Source of the DNA: Octopus vulgaris
Lineage: Eukaryota
Direction of reading: 5' to 3'
DNA: 64,000 nt
Assembly: GCA_951406725.2 (NCBI GenBank)
Contig: OX597827.1
Span: 36,208,001-36,272,000 of the forward strand
Shown here: piece after piece, positions 51,331 to 62,834 of the stretch
Layout of the letters: the number at the start of each line of letters is the position of its first letter
How positions within the stretch are numbered: the first letter of the stretch is position 1
Made by a program: the position numbers and the translations under genes
Notes under the pieces: model-generated
Told to the model about the DNA's origin: nothing
What the model saw: only the letters and a program-made list of their open reading frames with translations
The model's database searches: none

Positions 51331-51549
51331 AATTTACCCCATAATACTGAAAGTGGTGCCTCAGCATGGCCATTACCATAATAGCTATTAAATCTAAAGA
51401 GTGTGGATCTATCAGAATAATATAAAGTGGGAAGGAGAGGGAAGAGGGAGAAGGAAGAAATGACAGGGAGGGAAGTGGGGAGAGAGAGGGAGGGACAAAA
51501 AGGGAGGATGGGAGAGATAGTTGTTCTTTCCTCCACACCAAATACTTAC

Positions 51550-51581
51550 GACAGGGTTTTCTCAGACACAGGCGGAATGTT
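51550..51581 (-). CDS. EXOC4: Sec8 32-nt micro-exon (NIPPVSEKTLS)
   Basis: ttctcttttgcag acceptor, gtaagt donor. Matches recalled DLPPVSEQ and is required to restore phase between the flanking exons. Confidence 0.85.
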
Positions 51582-52162
51582 CTGCAAAAGAGAAATGCTA
51601 TCAACCAACATTTGAATAAGAGTACAAAGAAGTCAGTTAAATGTGAATAAACTTGGATGTATGGGTAAAATTCTGTTATAATGAAACTGGTGGAGTATGA
51701 AAAAAAGTTCAGTGTTGTCTAGCAAGTAACTTGATGTATGGTACTATGTCACTTGCTGGAACAAAGGACCTGGTCAGTATTTTTCTAGACTTGGTCATCT
51801 TGTTCTCACAATATAAGATTTAAGATATGCAGCCCCATTTTAAATACAGAAGGGAGTTTGAAGATTTGCATGCTACATAGATGCTCTCTCTCTCTCTCAC
51901 TGTCTCATGTACACATTGTTTTAAAAAACAGTAATGAGCTTGTTAAAAGATTCCTGGCTGATACATTAGGATAAGAAACTATACATAAAGTCCCACATTA
52001 ACATGAACTTCTTGTTTTAGAGGCAGTAGTGAGTTTATTAGGCTGCTATATTTATTAAGATGAGCAAAAAGCTATCACATTGATCTATTTTTTCCATAAA
52101 TTGTTTTCACGTCCATTTTCCACTACTAACATTGGTGTGATGGTTTAATAACTAGAGCATTA

Positions 52163-52577
52163 ATCATCATCATTTAGTGTCCGCTTTCCATGCTAGCATG
52201 GGTTGGACGGTTCAACTGGGGTCTGGGAAGCCAGGAGGCTGCACCAGGCCCAGTCTGATCTGGCAATGTTTCTACAACTGGATACCCTTCCTAACGCCAA
52301 CCACTCCCTGGGTGTAGTGGGTGCTTTTACGTGCCACCGGCACAGGTGCCAGACGAAGCTGGCAAACAGCCACAATTGGATGGTGCTTTTTATGTGCCAC
52401 CGGCACGGGGGCCAGGCGAGGTTGGCAACGGCCACGATCGGATGGTGCTTTTTATGTGCCAGCGGCACGAGGCCAGTCGGGGTGGCACTGGCAACGGCCA
52501 CGTTCGGATGGTTCTCTTACCTGCACTGGTATCACAGCTGCAATTTCCATTGATGTTGATCGATTTCGATTTTCACT
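52163..52577 (-). mobile_element. SINE-like family C with internal ~62-bp tandem units and (GAT)n tail
   Basis: Reverse complement of 57912-58350; CCATGCTAGCATGG palindrome near the tail. Confidence 0.8.
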
Positions 52578-52802
52578 AATAACATCTCAACTGTAATGGA
52601 ACCTATTTTTGTTCATTCAGGCAAATCAGAGAAAGCAAAGCTTCAAACCTTGCTTTAAGGCACAACACAATATCAAGTAGTCAGAACTGAATGCATAACT
52701 ACTTGATTGAATCTTGACCTCACAACTTTTGTGTCTTATTTGTAGAAATGATGTTACAAAAAATAAAGTAAGATAAATATAGTGCTGTATTAAATTACTT
52801 AC

Positions 52803-52853
52803 TGGGTCATTGTTTGTTTGGGTGGATGGTGTCCGACAGTGAGCAAACCATTC
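52803..52853 (-). CDS. EXOC4: Sec8 small exon (EWFAHCRTPSTQTNNDP)
   Basis: ttctccttacag acceptor, gtaagt donor, 51 nt; supplies the EW that follows HESL. Confidence 0.8.
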
Positions 52854-53611
52854 CTGTAAGGAGAATAAAACTTGTTACCGTATTTTTCTCTCATTTTATC
52901 CCTCAGCCTGTCTACTTGTCTGGTCTATATACACAAAACAGGCTAAGAGACAAATACCAACAGATAGAAAAATGCCAGACAGAAACACAAAGACATTCAT
53001 ACATAGCGACAGACACATAACATTCAGACAGACACAAACACACACACACAGATACTTATACAGACAGACACACATGCATGCATGCATGCACACACACACA
53101 CACACAAATAGCATATAGACATACAACTAATGATTTTCAAATTACCCAAAACCTTAAACAACAACTGTCATGTCTTATCTTGAACCAAACAAAGCATCTG
53201 CTGCCAGCAAGATCATTGTTTCCTGGTTGTTAATATATTTAGAGTGTATATTTGCAATGTGTGTACTTCAGGTTACCCACTATATATCTTTTTATCTCAT
53301 ATTTTCTGTTCACACTACCACACATGACACAAAAAAACCATCTCAAAAACACATACAAATCACTACTTCTGCTATATGCCTAAACTACCTTCCCCTATTT
53401 TTTTTCAGTTTTTTTTTTTTTTGACATAATTCAAACCTGTGTAAATATTAACTTTTGGAAGTGAGCATATGCCATTTATCACTTAGGCCAGGTTGTACAA
53501 AGAAAATAAAAGAGATTGTACTATAATTATTGGTGTCTCTATGCATCCATAATTTCTACATTGGTTTCCAGGGTTTTACTCAAAAGGAAAATATGAACAA
53601 GTTATACTTAC

Positions 53612-53822
53612 CAAACTCTCATGGACATTTGCTACTGTCCTCATTTGGGTGACATCAGTTATGATCTCCTGCTGTGGAATCAAAGAGTCAGCTGTGGACA
53701 AATTACTGATTAAAATCATTGCTTCTTTCAGGTTCAGTGCTCTCATTTCCTCTTCAGAACATGCTATAAGGTTCAGCTCTTGCCCAGCTGTTGGTTGTAG
53801 GCTTCTCCAGCTGGGAAGGGAC
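53612..53822 (-). CDS. EXOC4: Sec8 exon (SLPSWRSLQP...LIPQQEIITDVTQMRTVANVHESL)
   Basis: aacacag acceptor, gtaagt donor, 211 nt, open frame; SLPxW and ANxHESL motifs. Confidence 0.92.
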
Positions 53823-54352
53823 CTGTGTTAATTTAATAATTTAACAATTTCATTAATAATTCAAACGAGTGTGTCAGCAATGGAAAAAAAAAAAGTAGGT
53901 GGGGTATCCATTGTGTAACCACCAGACCTAAACAATGTGACAGCCATACCATCTACAATAATCTTCCTATTGTCTCTTGAATAAAAACCACATTAATCAA
54001 TACAAACTTGATTACTTGATCTGATATTCAGTATACTTGCCAAAACTTTCAACAAACAGGGATCACACAAAGGGTAATAGGGGATTACATGAGATCAAAC
54101 AAGGATTGTGTGAGGCTAAATAAGTATCATAATGAAACTGAGCTTCTATATTCTCAAGGATCTGCTCAGTATAAGAGGTAAGTCTATTTCAATATCTCAG
54201 ATAATTTTGATATGAACAATAGCCAACAAGAGACTGTTTATATAACTAGTCCTTGATCTGTCCAATATGCCAGCCAAATTTCCTTCAATATATTTCTGTA
54301 ACATATGGAGATTGATTTGAGTTCATCAATATAGTAATCTAGTACCTTCCGT

Positions 54353-54465
54353 CTTTAAAATAGGGACTACATGTGTCAGCAAGGTCATAGATGCCTTTCA
54401 AATAGGAACTATATAAACCAGCAAGGATCCAACTACCTTTAAAATAGGGACCATATGATTCAACA
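54353..54465 (+). repeat. ~42-bp minisatellite, about 3 diverged units
   Basis: cttt.aaatagg.ac.a.at recurs three times; cagcaagg twice. Confidence 0.65.
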
Positions 54466-54482
54466 TAAGAGTTCTATATAAT

Positions 54483-54695
54483 AATAGAGCTGAAAACGAG
54501 GTAATTTCTACTCTTCTCCTCTGGAAGCCATCTGCTCGCAATGCCAGAGGGCACACGCTCTCTTACCCTGATGTAATCTCCAGGGATACAGGCATCCAGC
54601 AACAGGACCTCCGTAATGCTATGATGGACCGTGAAGTCTGGCGTAACATAGTAAATTCCATTGTCTCGACCATGGTCGAACAATGATGATAATGA
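54483..54695 (+). mobile_element. 5'-truncated LINE 3' end (RTE-like) with (TGA)n tail and 10-bp target-site duplication
   Basis: EVISTLLLWKPS..LSYPDVISRDTG..LRNAMMDREVWR; TCTATATAAT at 54473-54482 and 54696-54705. Confidence 0.75.
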
Positions 54696-55089
54696 TCTAT
54701 ATAATCCTCACCTACTCAGTGAATCAAGTAAGTCTTCTAACAAAGATACAATTGTGTCTTTAAAATGTGATAAATCATATGACATCATGCCCCACAATAA
54801 AGACAATCTGACCACAAATAAAATATATCAATGAAGTTTTATCCAAACTAACATAACTAGACATATCTGAAGTGTTATATGAATTAGTTCAGTCCACAAT
54901 TTTCACTAAAATGAATATCATGTAACTCCATTACCAGAATGTCTATTAATCAGTAAATAATTATAATATTTGTTACAATATTTGTTATTCTATATTTCTT
55001 ATATAATAATTTAAAGTATACAAGTTGTAAAGTTTAAAATAAATGAGAGGTTTGTGGCTAAAGAATGAAACTAAGAGTAAACAGCTCAC

Positions 55090-55171
55090 CTCAGGAATCT
55101 GCTGATGTCCTCATCTTTGGCCCACATGGCACTGATAATTCGTTTCTCATCAGAATCATATTGCACAATAC
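55090..55171 (-). CDS. EXOC4: Sec8 exon (IVQYDSDEKRIISAMWAKDEDISRFLR)
   Basis: poly-T + aag acceptor, gtgagc donor, 82 nt; ISAxWAKDxDISR motif. Confidence 0.93.
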
Positions 55172-56099
55172 CTTAAAAAAAAAAAAGATGATATAAGGCA
55201 GAGTGAGATGGGAGTGGATTAGGTATACTACTGCAGCTGTGGGTGTGTGGTTAAGGATACTGTACAGTCAGATAACTGTGTAGTATGGTACAATACATTC
55301 TGAATATGACTATATACAATCTAAGTGTAGTACAATCATGCAGAGTACCTTACTCAAGAGTTTAACAATTGCATTCAATGATCACGTGTTAATTCAGTGA
55401 TCACCACTAAGCTTCTCTGAGTAAATGTATATGAATATATACACATCCAGATAGAGAATTGAAGTATACATACACAAATGTGTGTGTGTATGTATATATA
55501 TATATATATTGCATTACACTAAGAAGCACTGCATGGTGCCAAAATTTTTCACTAAAATCAACTATAACAAACCATTCCAAATTGTTGTTAGAGTATCTGC
55601 ATCAAGTTGTATAAGTTGTAACAAAGAAGTCAACCCAAAAGTGATATTTTGAAATGATTTAATGCATATGTTTCCAGGTCTGCATGATATATAATAGAAT
55701 ATGCATCCATTATGTAAGACCTTCCTTATTTAAAACATTTCAAAATATGAAGCAACTGATGGAAATATCAGAACAGTTAGTTGGCTACTAAGTTTGGAGG
55801 CTAGATATGTATATAGGGTCATTCTAATGAAATTCAACAAGGGCCCATTGCAAAGCTTCTTAGATTTTCTTCAAATTTACACTATTTGATAGTATCCATG
55901 AAAGGAATTCCCAAAAGTACGGCCATTTAGAGTTTTAGGCAATTTTCAAAATTTTTGAAATATTGAATTTCTTTTATTTTTAAGGGTCCATCATTCCAGA
56001 AAAATAGGTAGATAAAGTGATTGGCATAGTCAAAGTGTGTGAAAGAATAATTAAGCTTAGATTAATGCAACAATAACACTAATCTTTGCATGCATTTTT

Positions 56100-57890
56100 C
56101 AATCTAGACAGATTAACAGAAGGACTGTGGTGTACACGAAAGCTTTAGTTCTAAACATGAAGAAGGAACAAGGCTGCTGGAGTTCTTTTATGTAAATGAC
56201 TTGATGATCTGTAATACTAACTTTTGGAAACTAGCTTTCCACCAGACTATCTATCAATCTGGTAGGCACAGAAACTAGATTGACTACAGAAGACAAAATA
56301 GACAGTTGTGAATGCAAAGTTCTTCCCTGGTGAAGAATATACAACCTAACATAGGTTAAGGTTAGTGACATCAGACTGATAGCTAGAAAAACTCAAGAGA
56401 TACAAACCAATCTGGAAAATATGGAAGCTTTAAGAATCATTTAATGGACAGAAATTTAGAGAAGTACTAGTTGAAGTATTTGATAAAAAGGAGGAGATAG
56501 AAATGTATAACATAGAGGACAACTGGAAGTTCTTATGAGACAATCTACTGAAGTCTGCAGAACAAATTTGTGGCTGGTGTAAATTCCCAGCCTGAGTGAG
56601 TGTGACACAGATGGAACAGTGAGGTAGACAGAATCATAAAAGTAAAGAGACATGTTTGGAGAGACTGGAAGAATGGGGGCAGCAGAGAATTATATCTGGT
56701 AGCTACAAGTGAAGCTAGGTGACAGGTATATTTAGCAAAAACAGAAGCAGAAAAGAAGAGGTTTGCGAATAGCATGGGGCTCAGAGGCATAAGGGATTCT
56801 AGACTGCAAGGCAATGTATCAAAGAAAATCATAATGTGGAAGAGAAGTATGTACAGATGGATAAGGGAACACTTGCACTTAGTGATTCTGAAAAGAAAGA
56901 TATATAGAAGTGCTGGGAGGAAGCAAGTCTTCTCAACATGTATCCAACAGAAGGACCAACCTTTCTAGTTAACAACAAGATAAATTAAGGATATGAAAAT
57001 GAAAAGGTCCTAGACTATCAGGAGTTACTACTGAGATTCTTAAAATATTTGTTGGTATATCTATCAGGCTGCATAGGAAAGTGTCACACTCTGACTCTTG
57101 TAGTATCATCATACTTAATTGTTACAAGAGTAAAGATGCATTAGTGAGAAGAAATTACTGAGGTATTAAATTGCTGGAAAAGGAGTAGATAAAAATTCCA
57201 TGGTGTATACAATGCAAACTATAGAAACACATGGAGTGCAGTGGTATCAGAAAAGAAAAAAGAGAAAGTAGATTACATATGGTAGATGTACAGGATCAGT
57301 AAGCACTAAGAGAACACAGGAAGTAATTTTTTTTCAAATGCCTGGGATACGTAGAAGTAATAGGTGGTTTCTATTATCAATGCAACCTTGTGAGCAGTGG
57401 AGGAGGATGTTCCCGAAAGTATAGATGCTAGGATAAGAACCAACTGGAAAAATTCAGAGAGGTATTAATTCTATTGGTAACAAAAGACCTCTCAGAGTGA
57501 AAGGCAGATTGTATGAAGAGCAATACTACATCAAAGTGAGATATGAGCCATAAGTGCAGAGCTAGCATGCTTCACTGAATGTGCAATGTCAGTGAGCATA
57601 AATAACCAAGTACAAATAAGAGAAAAATTGGGTATACAAGGAATCATATGTAGTGTGCGAAAGAGACAACTGCACTGGCATGGTAATGTGATATGTATAG
57701 ATGGGGACAGCTGTATGAAGAAGTGCAAACTGCTTAATATGAATGAAGTACGTGGAAGAAAGTGACTCAGGAAGACAAGGGATGAAATTGTGAAGGCTGA
57801 TTTCAGGACTTTGAGCCTTACAGAAGAGATAAGTAAGGACCAAGATGATTGGTGACATGTGGTGCTTGAGAAAACCTAACCATCTCAGTG
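56100..57890 (+). mobile_element. Highly decayed RTE-type LINE (endonuclease end through RT to 3' end, internally deleted)
   Basis: Recognisable pieces: CNTNF..YQSG...IDY, CYKSKDALVRRNY*GIKLL, RVKGRLYE, IQGIICSVRKRQLHWHG. Confidence 0.65.
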
Positions 57891-57911
57891 AAACTGAGAT
57901 TTTGGAAGCAT

Positions 57912-58350
57912 AGCTGTGATACCAGTGCCGGTGGCACGTAAGCGAACCATCTGAACGTGGCCATTGCCAGCGCCACTCCGACGGGCCTCTGTGCCGGTGG
58001 CACGTAAAAAGCACCATCCGATCGTGGCCATTGCCAGCCTCGCCTGGCCCCCATGCCAGTGGCACGTAAAAAGCACCATCCGATCGTGGCTGTTGCCAGC
58101 CTCGCCTGGCCCCCGTGCCGGTGGCACGTAAAAAGCACCATCTGACCGTGGCCGTTTGCCAGCTGTGCCGGTGGCACGTAAAAAGCACCCACTACACTCA
58201 CGGAGTGATTGGCATTAGGAAGGGCATCCAGCCGTAGAAACATTGCCAGATCAGACTGGGCCTGGTGCAGCCTTCTGGCTTCCCAGACCCCAGTTGAACC
58301 GTCCAACCCATGCTAGCATGGAAAGCGGATGCTAAATGATGATGATGATG
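57912..58350 (+). mobile_element. SINE-like family C, five GTGCC-GGT-GGCAC-type units
   Basis: Units at 57925, 57991, 58053, 58115 and 58165; (GAT)n tail. Shorter relatives at ~20290, ~29600 and ~42320. Confidence 0.8.
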
Positions 58351-58521
58351 AATGTGTATATACACAGAAATTCATGTGTGTGCAATGCCCTATCAATTAA
58401 GTTATATAGTAGAGGTGGTGGTGGTGGTAGTAGTAATAGTAATTTGTTGTACAGAAACATGACACTAACTTAAGTATTTCTCCTCTCCCAATAAGTCCAT
58501 TCAATCTCTGTTAATACTTAC

Positions 58522-58660
58522 CACGGTACGCTGAATGACATGTGTCTCGATATTCTTCAAGTATTTTACAAATCATGTTGAGGAATTGTTCTGCATAGTC
58601 TGGCAAGTCATGCATGAGGGCCTGAAGTTCCTGGATGTTCCGGTCCACAGTTACTGTACT
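58522..58660 (-). CDS. EXOC4: Sec8 exon (STVTVDRNIQELQALMHDLPDYAEQFLNMICKILEEYRDTCHSAYRG)
   Basis: actacag acceptor, gtaagt donor, 139 nt. Matches recalled EXOC4 [33 protein letters not shown]. Confidence 0.93.
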
Positions 58661-60129
58661 CTGTAGTGGTAGTCAAACATAATGATGTAGCAGTAGTGGT
58701 GGCGCATGTAGTGTTTGAGGTGGCTGTAGTTATAGCAGTTGGTGGTAGTGGTAATGTAGTAGTAGGGGGTGTGCATATTAGTGGTATTGGTGGCGGTAGT
58801 TTTGGTATGCAATAGTGATGTAAGGTGAGGTTATGGAATGTAGCTGTAGTGGTGGTGATATGTATTAATGGTGTGAGACAGTGTTATGATGGGGATTGTT
58901 GTTATTTAAACCCAGGTTAATACTTAATAATCTCCCAGTTGCATTACTGAAGACTGAGTCTTTGCATTGACTTGTGCCCCATTCCAAGCAAAAGTGTCAA
59001 TCTTCAGTTCTTTCAATAGGATTTACCATTCAACCTTTCAGCAGAGGGTATCAGAACAGGATGATCTTCACAATGGATTTGGCTGATAGCTGGATCCATC
59101 TTACACAAGACAACAGCTATTTGACATACTTCATAGATCAGCAGTGTTCAGACATTATTGCATCTTGAACAGGTACAGTTGACCAGTATGTCTGTATTTG
59201 TAGAGTTTATCGCAAACCACCAATGCCTTATTGCACTGCTAGACTAGGAATTTCTGGAAGTTGTCCATTTCTTAAGTTGAAAGTCTTCTAGAGACAGCCA
59301 AGTTCGTCTTTATTGTAAGCAAAACCTGGAAAAATGTTGTAGCTTATACTTGGCACTATAGAATTATAAGATTTGATATTCAACTGGCTGGGGACAGAGA
59401 AAGCCTGACAACATTCCAGAAGATGCCAGGTGCCCAATCTTGGTTCTTCCTTTAACTCAGAACTACTCCATTAAAGTGATGAACTGTGGGTAAACATTCC
59501 TGACAAAGTGACCAACTTTGCTCACCATCAAATACAACATCAGCAATTGCCAGATATTTTCAGTTATGGTCTATTAAACCAGTTACTCAAAAGGTGTTGG
59601 TAGCAGATGGACCAATGACAGAGACAGTGGAATACATCCACAATAGAAATATATAATCCTTTCTACTATAGCCACAAGGCCTGAAATTTGAGGGGAGGGG
59701 CAAGTTGATTACATCAACCCCAGTACATAACTGGTACTTATTTCATTGACCGCCACAAATGAGTGAAAAGCAAAATTCAGCAGAATTTGAATGCAGATGG
59801 ATGAAATACCGCTAAGCATTTTGCCCAGTGTGCTAACAATTCTGCTAGTTTACCACCTTAAACAATAGAAACATATAATAATCCTTTCTACTACAGGCAC
59901 AAGGCCTGAAACTTGGGGGGGGGTCAATTATATCGATCCCATTGCATAACTGGTGCTTATATAATTGACCCTGAAAGGAAAAAAGGCAAAGTTGACCTCA
60001 GTAGAATTTGAAATCAGACTGTAAAGATGGACAAAATGAAACTAAGCATTTTGCCTGTCATGCTAGCAATTCTGTCAGCTCACTACCTTGAACAATAGAA
60101 ACATATAAATAATAATGAAAGTGTAATAC

Positions 60130-60203
60130 CTGCAAAAGTGGCCGAGGAACAGCAAGTTCTTTCAGGGTTTTGTGGTCAATGACATTCCGAAGGGCATCAA
60201 AAC
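60130..60203 (-). CDS. EXOC4: Sec8 exon (GFDALRNVIDHKTLKELAVPRPLLQ)
   Basis: tattcag acceptor, gtatta donor, 74 nt; conserved RPLLQ motif. Confidence 0.9.
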
Positions 60204-60629
60204 CTGAATACAAAAAAGTTAAAACTTCAAAATGAGAAAGATAAACACAATGCTAGTGAAAATCATGTTTTTATATATATATACTAGCTTAAGGTGACCC
60301 GCTCTATGTGAGGTTGTGGTTATTACTTTCTGTTTCTTATCGCCACATTCTCCCTCTTTGTTTCTCTCTCCTTTCTCATTTTCCCACTCTCTTACCCTTC
60401 CTTTCTCTCGGACTATCCCTTGCTTTCTCTTACTCTTTATCTTTCTCTATCTCTATCTATCTCTCTTGTGGTCTAGTTAAAAGTTAGCCAAATTACTATT
60501 ATTTCATGATCTCTATTCCTGATAATGTTGCACTGGGTGACCTTCAAGAATTACCTAGAAAATGCATATGTATGTTCCAGTAGGTGAGAAGAAAAAGAGA
60601 TAGAAAGATGAAAAATGGCATCTAATTAC

Positions 60630-60730
60630 CTTTTGTTGCAGAAGAAATGCTACTGGAGACATTATAGTGGACTTGGTAGAGGAAGATGTTCTTAACAAAC
60701 TCTGTAACAAATGCTTGCAGACTTGACGAA
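60630..60730 (-). CDS. EXOC4: Exocyst subunit Sec8, first exon visible in window (SSSLQAFVTEFVKNIFLYQVHYNVSSSISSATKG)
   Basis: ttatttttag acceptor, G|gtaatt donor, 101 nt. Resembles recalled vertebrate EXOC4 LREFLTVYIKNIFLNQV. Phase fits the next exon. Confidence 0.85.
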
Positions 60731-60903
60731 CTAAAAATAAGAAGGTACATGTACACATACAAATAGGCACAGTACAACTTTGTTTATAATACACATACAA
60801 ATAATTCCATGCCATTTTAACAATCTTCTCTGTTGACAGAAGAGTTGGGCCTGGCAACCTCATTAGTGCTGGTGGTGACTGTTGTGAAAGTATAGTATCT
60901 AAA

Positions 60904-61171
60904 TCAAGGGTCGCCAAACTTTTTCAACTTAACCACTTCTCCTTCTGCATTGACCCCCCTTCCTTTAGCCACATCTTCTGCATTGATCAACCTCCTCATT
61001 TAAAATACCTTAAAACCCTACCCTACTATATCTTACATGCATACTGGGTACTGATACTGGCAATTAAAATGTTAGCTAAAATATACATGTACGACAAATT
61101 AAGAAATTCTATTGCAGATGACTCACTTTTTACATTTAAAACTACATGCATGAATATACAGTATTAAACTT
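60904..61171 (-). mobile_element. 3' end of a second copy of the same hAT element, opposite orientation
   Basis: 61009-61171 is the reverse complement of 62073-62236; CAAGGGTCGCCAAAC terminus at 60904. Confidence 0.6.
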
Positions 61172-61560
61172 GTCAGGCCCAACTACTTGTGTTCTTCCCT
61201 TACCACTTTTTCCCATGCTACTACTTTCTTCCTAAGCCATACATTACAAGCCCATATCTGCACAGTCAACATCAAGTGTTGTTAATGCTCAGTTGTGTCA
61301 TTTCATATGTAAAACCAAATATCCTCTCATCTAACCAAACTATCACTCTTTCATATGTGTATTATATTTAGAACATCACATTTTCAGCCATACCACAACA
61401 ATTGTCTCTCCAGCTCATACCCAACTTCTCTCTTGTTACTTGTGCACTTGTGTTCTTTTACAAATTAACATTAAACCTTTAACTCTCCCAAAGAAACAAA
61501 CTCTGTTGCCAATAGTTCTGCTTGTTTAAATATTACAGTTAAGGCCAACAACAGAGGTAA
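61172..61560 (-). mobile_element. RTE-type LINE RT fragment
   Basis: Reverse strand resembles the ADDL..ELL..F..W..KGLxVNL.KT region of the other RTE copies. Confidence 0.45.
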
Positions 61561-61579
61561 ACACCTTCCTTACTTTAGA

Positions 61580-62236
61580 TCAGGGGTTGCCAAAGGGGAT
61601 CCAAGGGACACCCTAGGGGTCAGTGAGCAATTACAAGGGGTCAATGATAGCCAAGGGGTCGAACAGGGGTCAGCATGTGAAAGACTATCTCACCCAGATG
61701 AACTGCTTGAAATACTTAGTTAGCGCCATGAAACATGAGAAAACATGGTAAATTTTCACTGCAGCGAGAAGTCTGCTTTTGCTAACATTTGAGGCGTGAT
61801 GTCATATTCAGTATCATAATGGAAGATTGAGAGTTGTGATGATTGAGGGAATGTGGACTGTCAAGTGTTTACTTATAGAAATTGCCTGAACTGGGAGGAA
61901 TGAGGTGATTTGAGATTAAACCTGACTGACCTTCAGCCTGATATCAATGCCTTGACTCAGGATCACCATGCTCATACCTCACATTGATGTAGTCAATTTC
62001 AATAAAAGATATTCCAGCAATATGATGTGTTTTTGATATTTTCTAACCATGAAAACAATTTCATAAAAATTGAAAGTTTAATACTGTATATTCATGCAAC
62101 TAGTTTTAAATGTAAAAAGTGAGTCATCTTCAATAGAATTTCTTAATTTGTCGTACATGTAAATTTTAGCTAACATTTTAATTGCCAGTATCAGTACCCA
62201 GTATGCATGTAAGATATGGTAGGGTAGGGTTTTAAG
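61580..62236 (+). mobile_element. Internally deleted hAT/Charlie element
   Basis: Starts CAGGGGTTGCCAAA (TIR-like); encodes the C-terminal RNCLNWEE*GDLRLNLTDLQPDINALTQDHHAHTSH* motif. Confidence 0.65.
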
Positions 62237-62834
62237 ATCATAGGCGTTTCAAGATCAGTGAAATCGATACCATTAATGTTTTTCTTTAACTATCTCAAGC
62301 TTAAGACTGCAAGAAAAACATGGAGAATGAAAATTCCAGGTAACTAACATTCTGAAGAGGCAGGACTAGTGGGTCCGGGGAGGTTAAATACAATATAAGT
62401 GATGAGAGGAGAGATGAGTGACTCAGTGTTCCATTGTAGGAAATGGTACAAGACCAGCCAACTGTGAGGAGCAGAGGCCACTAGTAATGGTAGAAAAGAC
62501 AGAGAAAAGTGACATAATGACAAACAGTCAAATGGATTTTATCAACTTACCCTGGAGCACAGGCCATCGCAGTTTCAATTTCCTTGATGAAATTTTCCAG
62601 TGTTGTAAAAATGGCTACAATATACCAAGAAAAATAGTGACAAAACACATTAACAAAGATAATTATTGTTTGGAAGTTTATTATTATTATCCAAGTGGCA
62701 AAGGTGGCAAGCTGGCAGAATCATTAACACACTGGGAAAAATGCTTAGTGACATTTCGTCTGTTTTTCACATTCTGAGTTCAAATTCCACTAAGGTTGAC
62801 TTAGTCTTTCATCCTTTCAGGATCAATGAAATAA

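Noticed and set aside
57912-58200. CRISPR-like look of the regularly spaced palindromic GTGCCGGTGGCAC units
   Set aside because: The intervening sequences are homologous rather than unique spacers, the block is part of a dispersed element with a (GAT)n tail, the DNA is eukaryotic and there are no cas genes.
58900-59640. Possible additional EXOC4 exon in less AT-rich intronic sequence
   Set aside because: The flanking exons already join in phase (RPLLQ|STVTV); the segment looks like a heavily decayed LINE RT but is too degraded to call.
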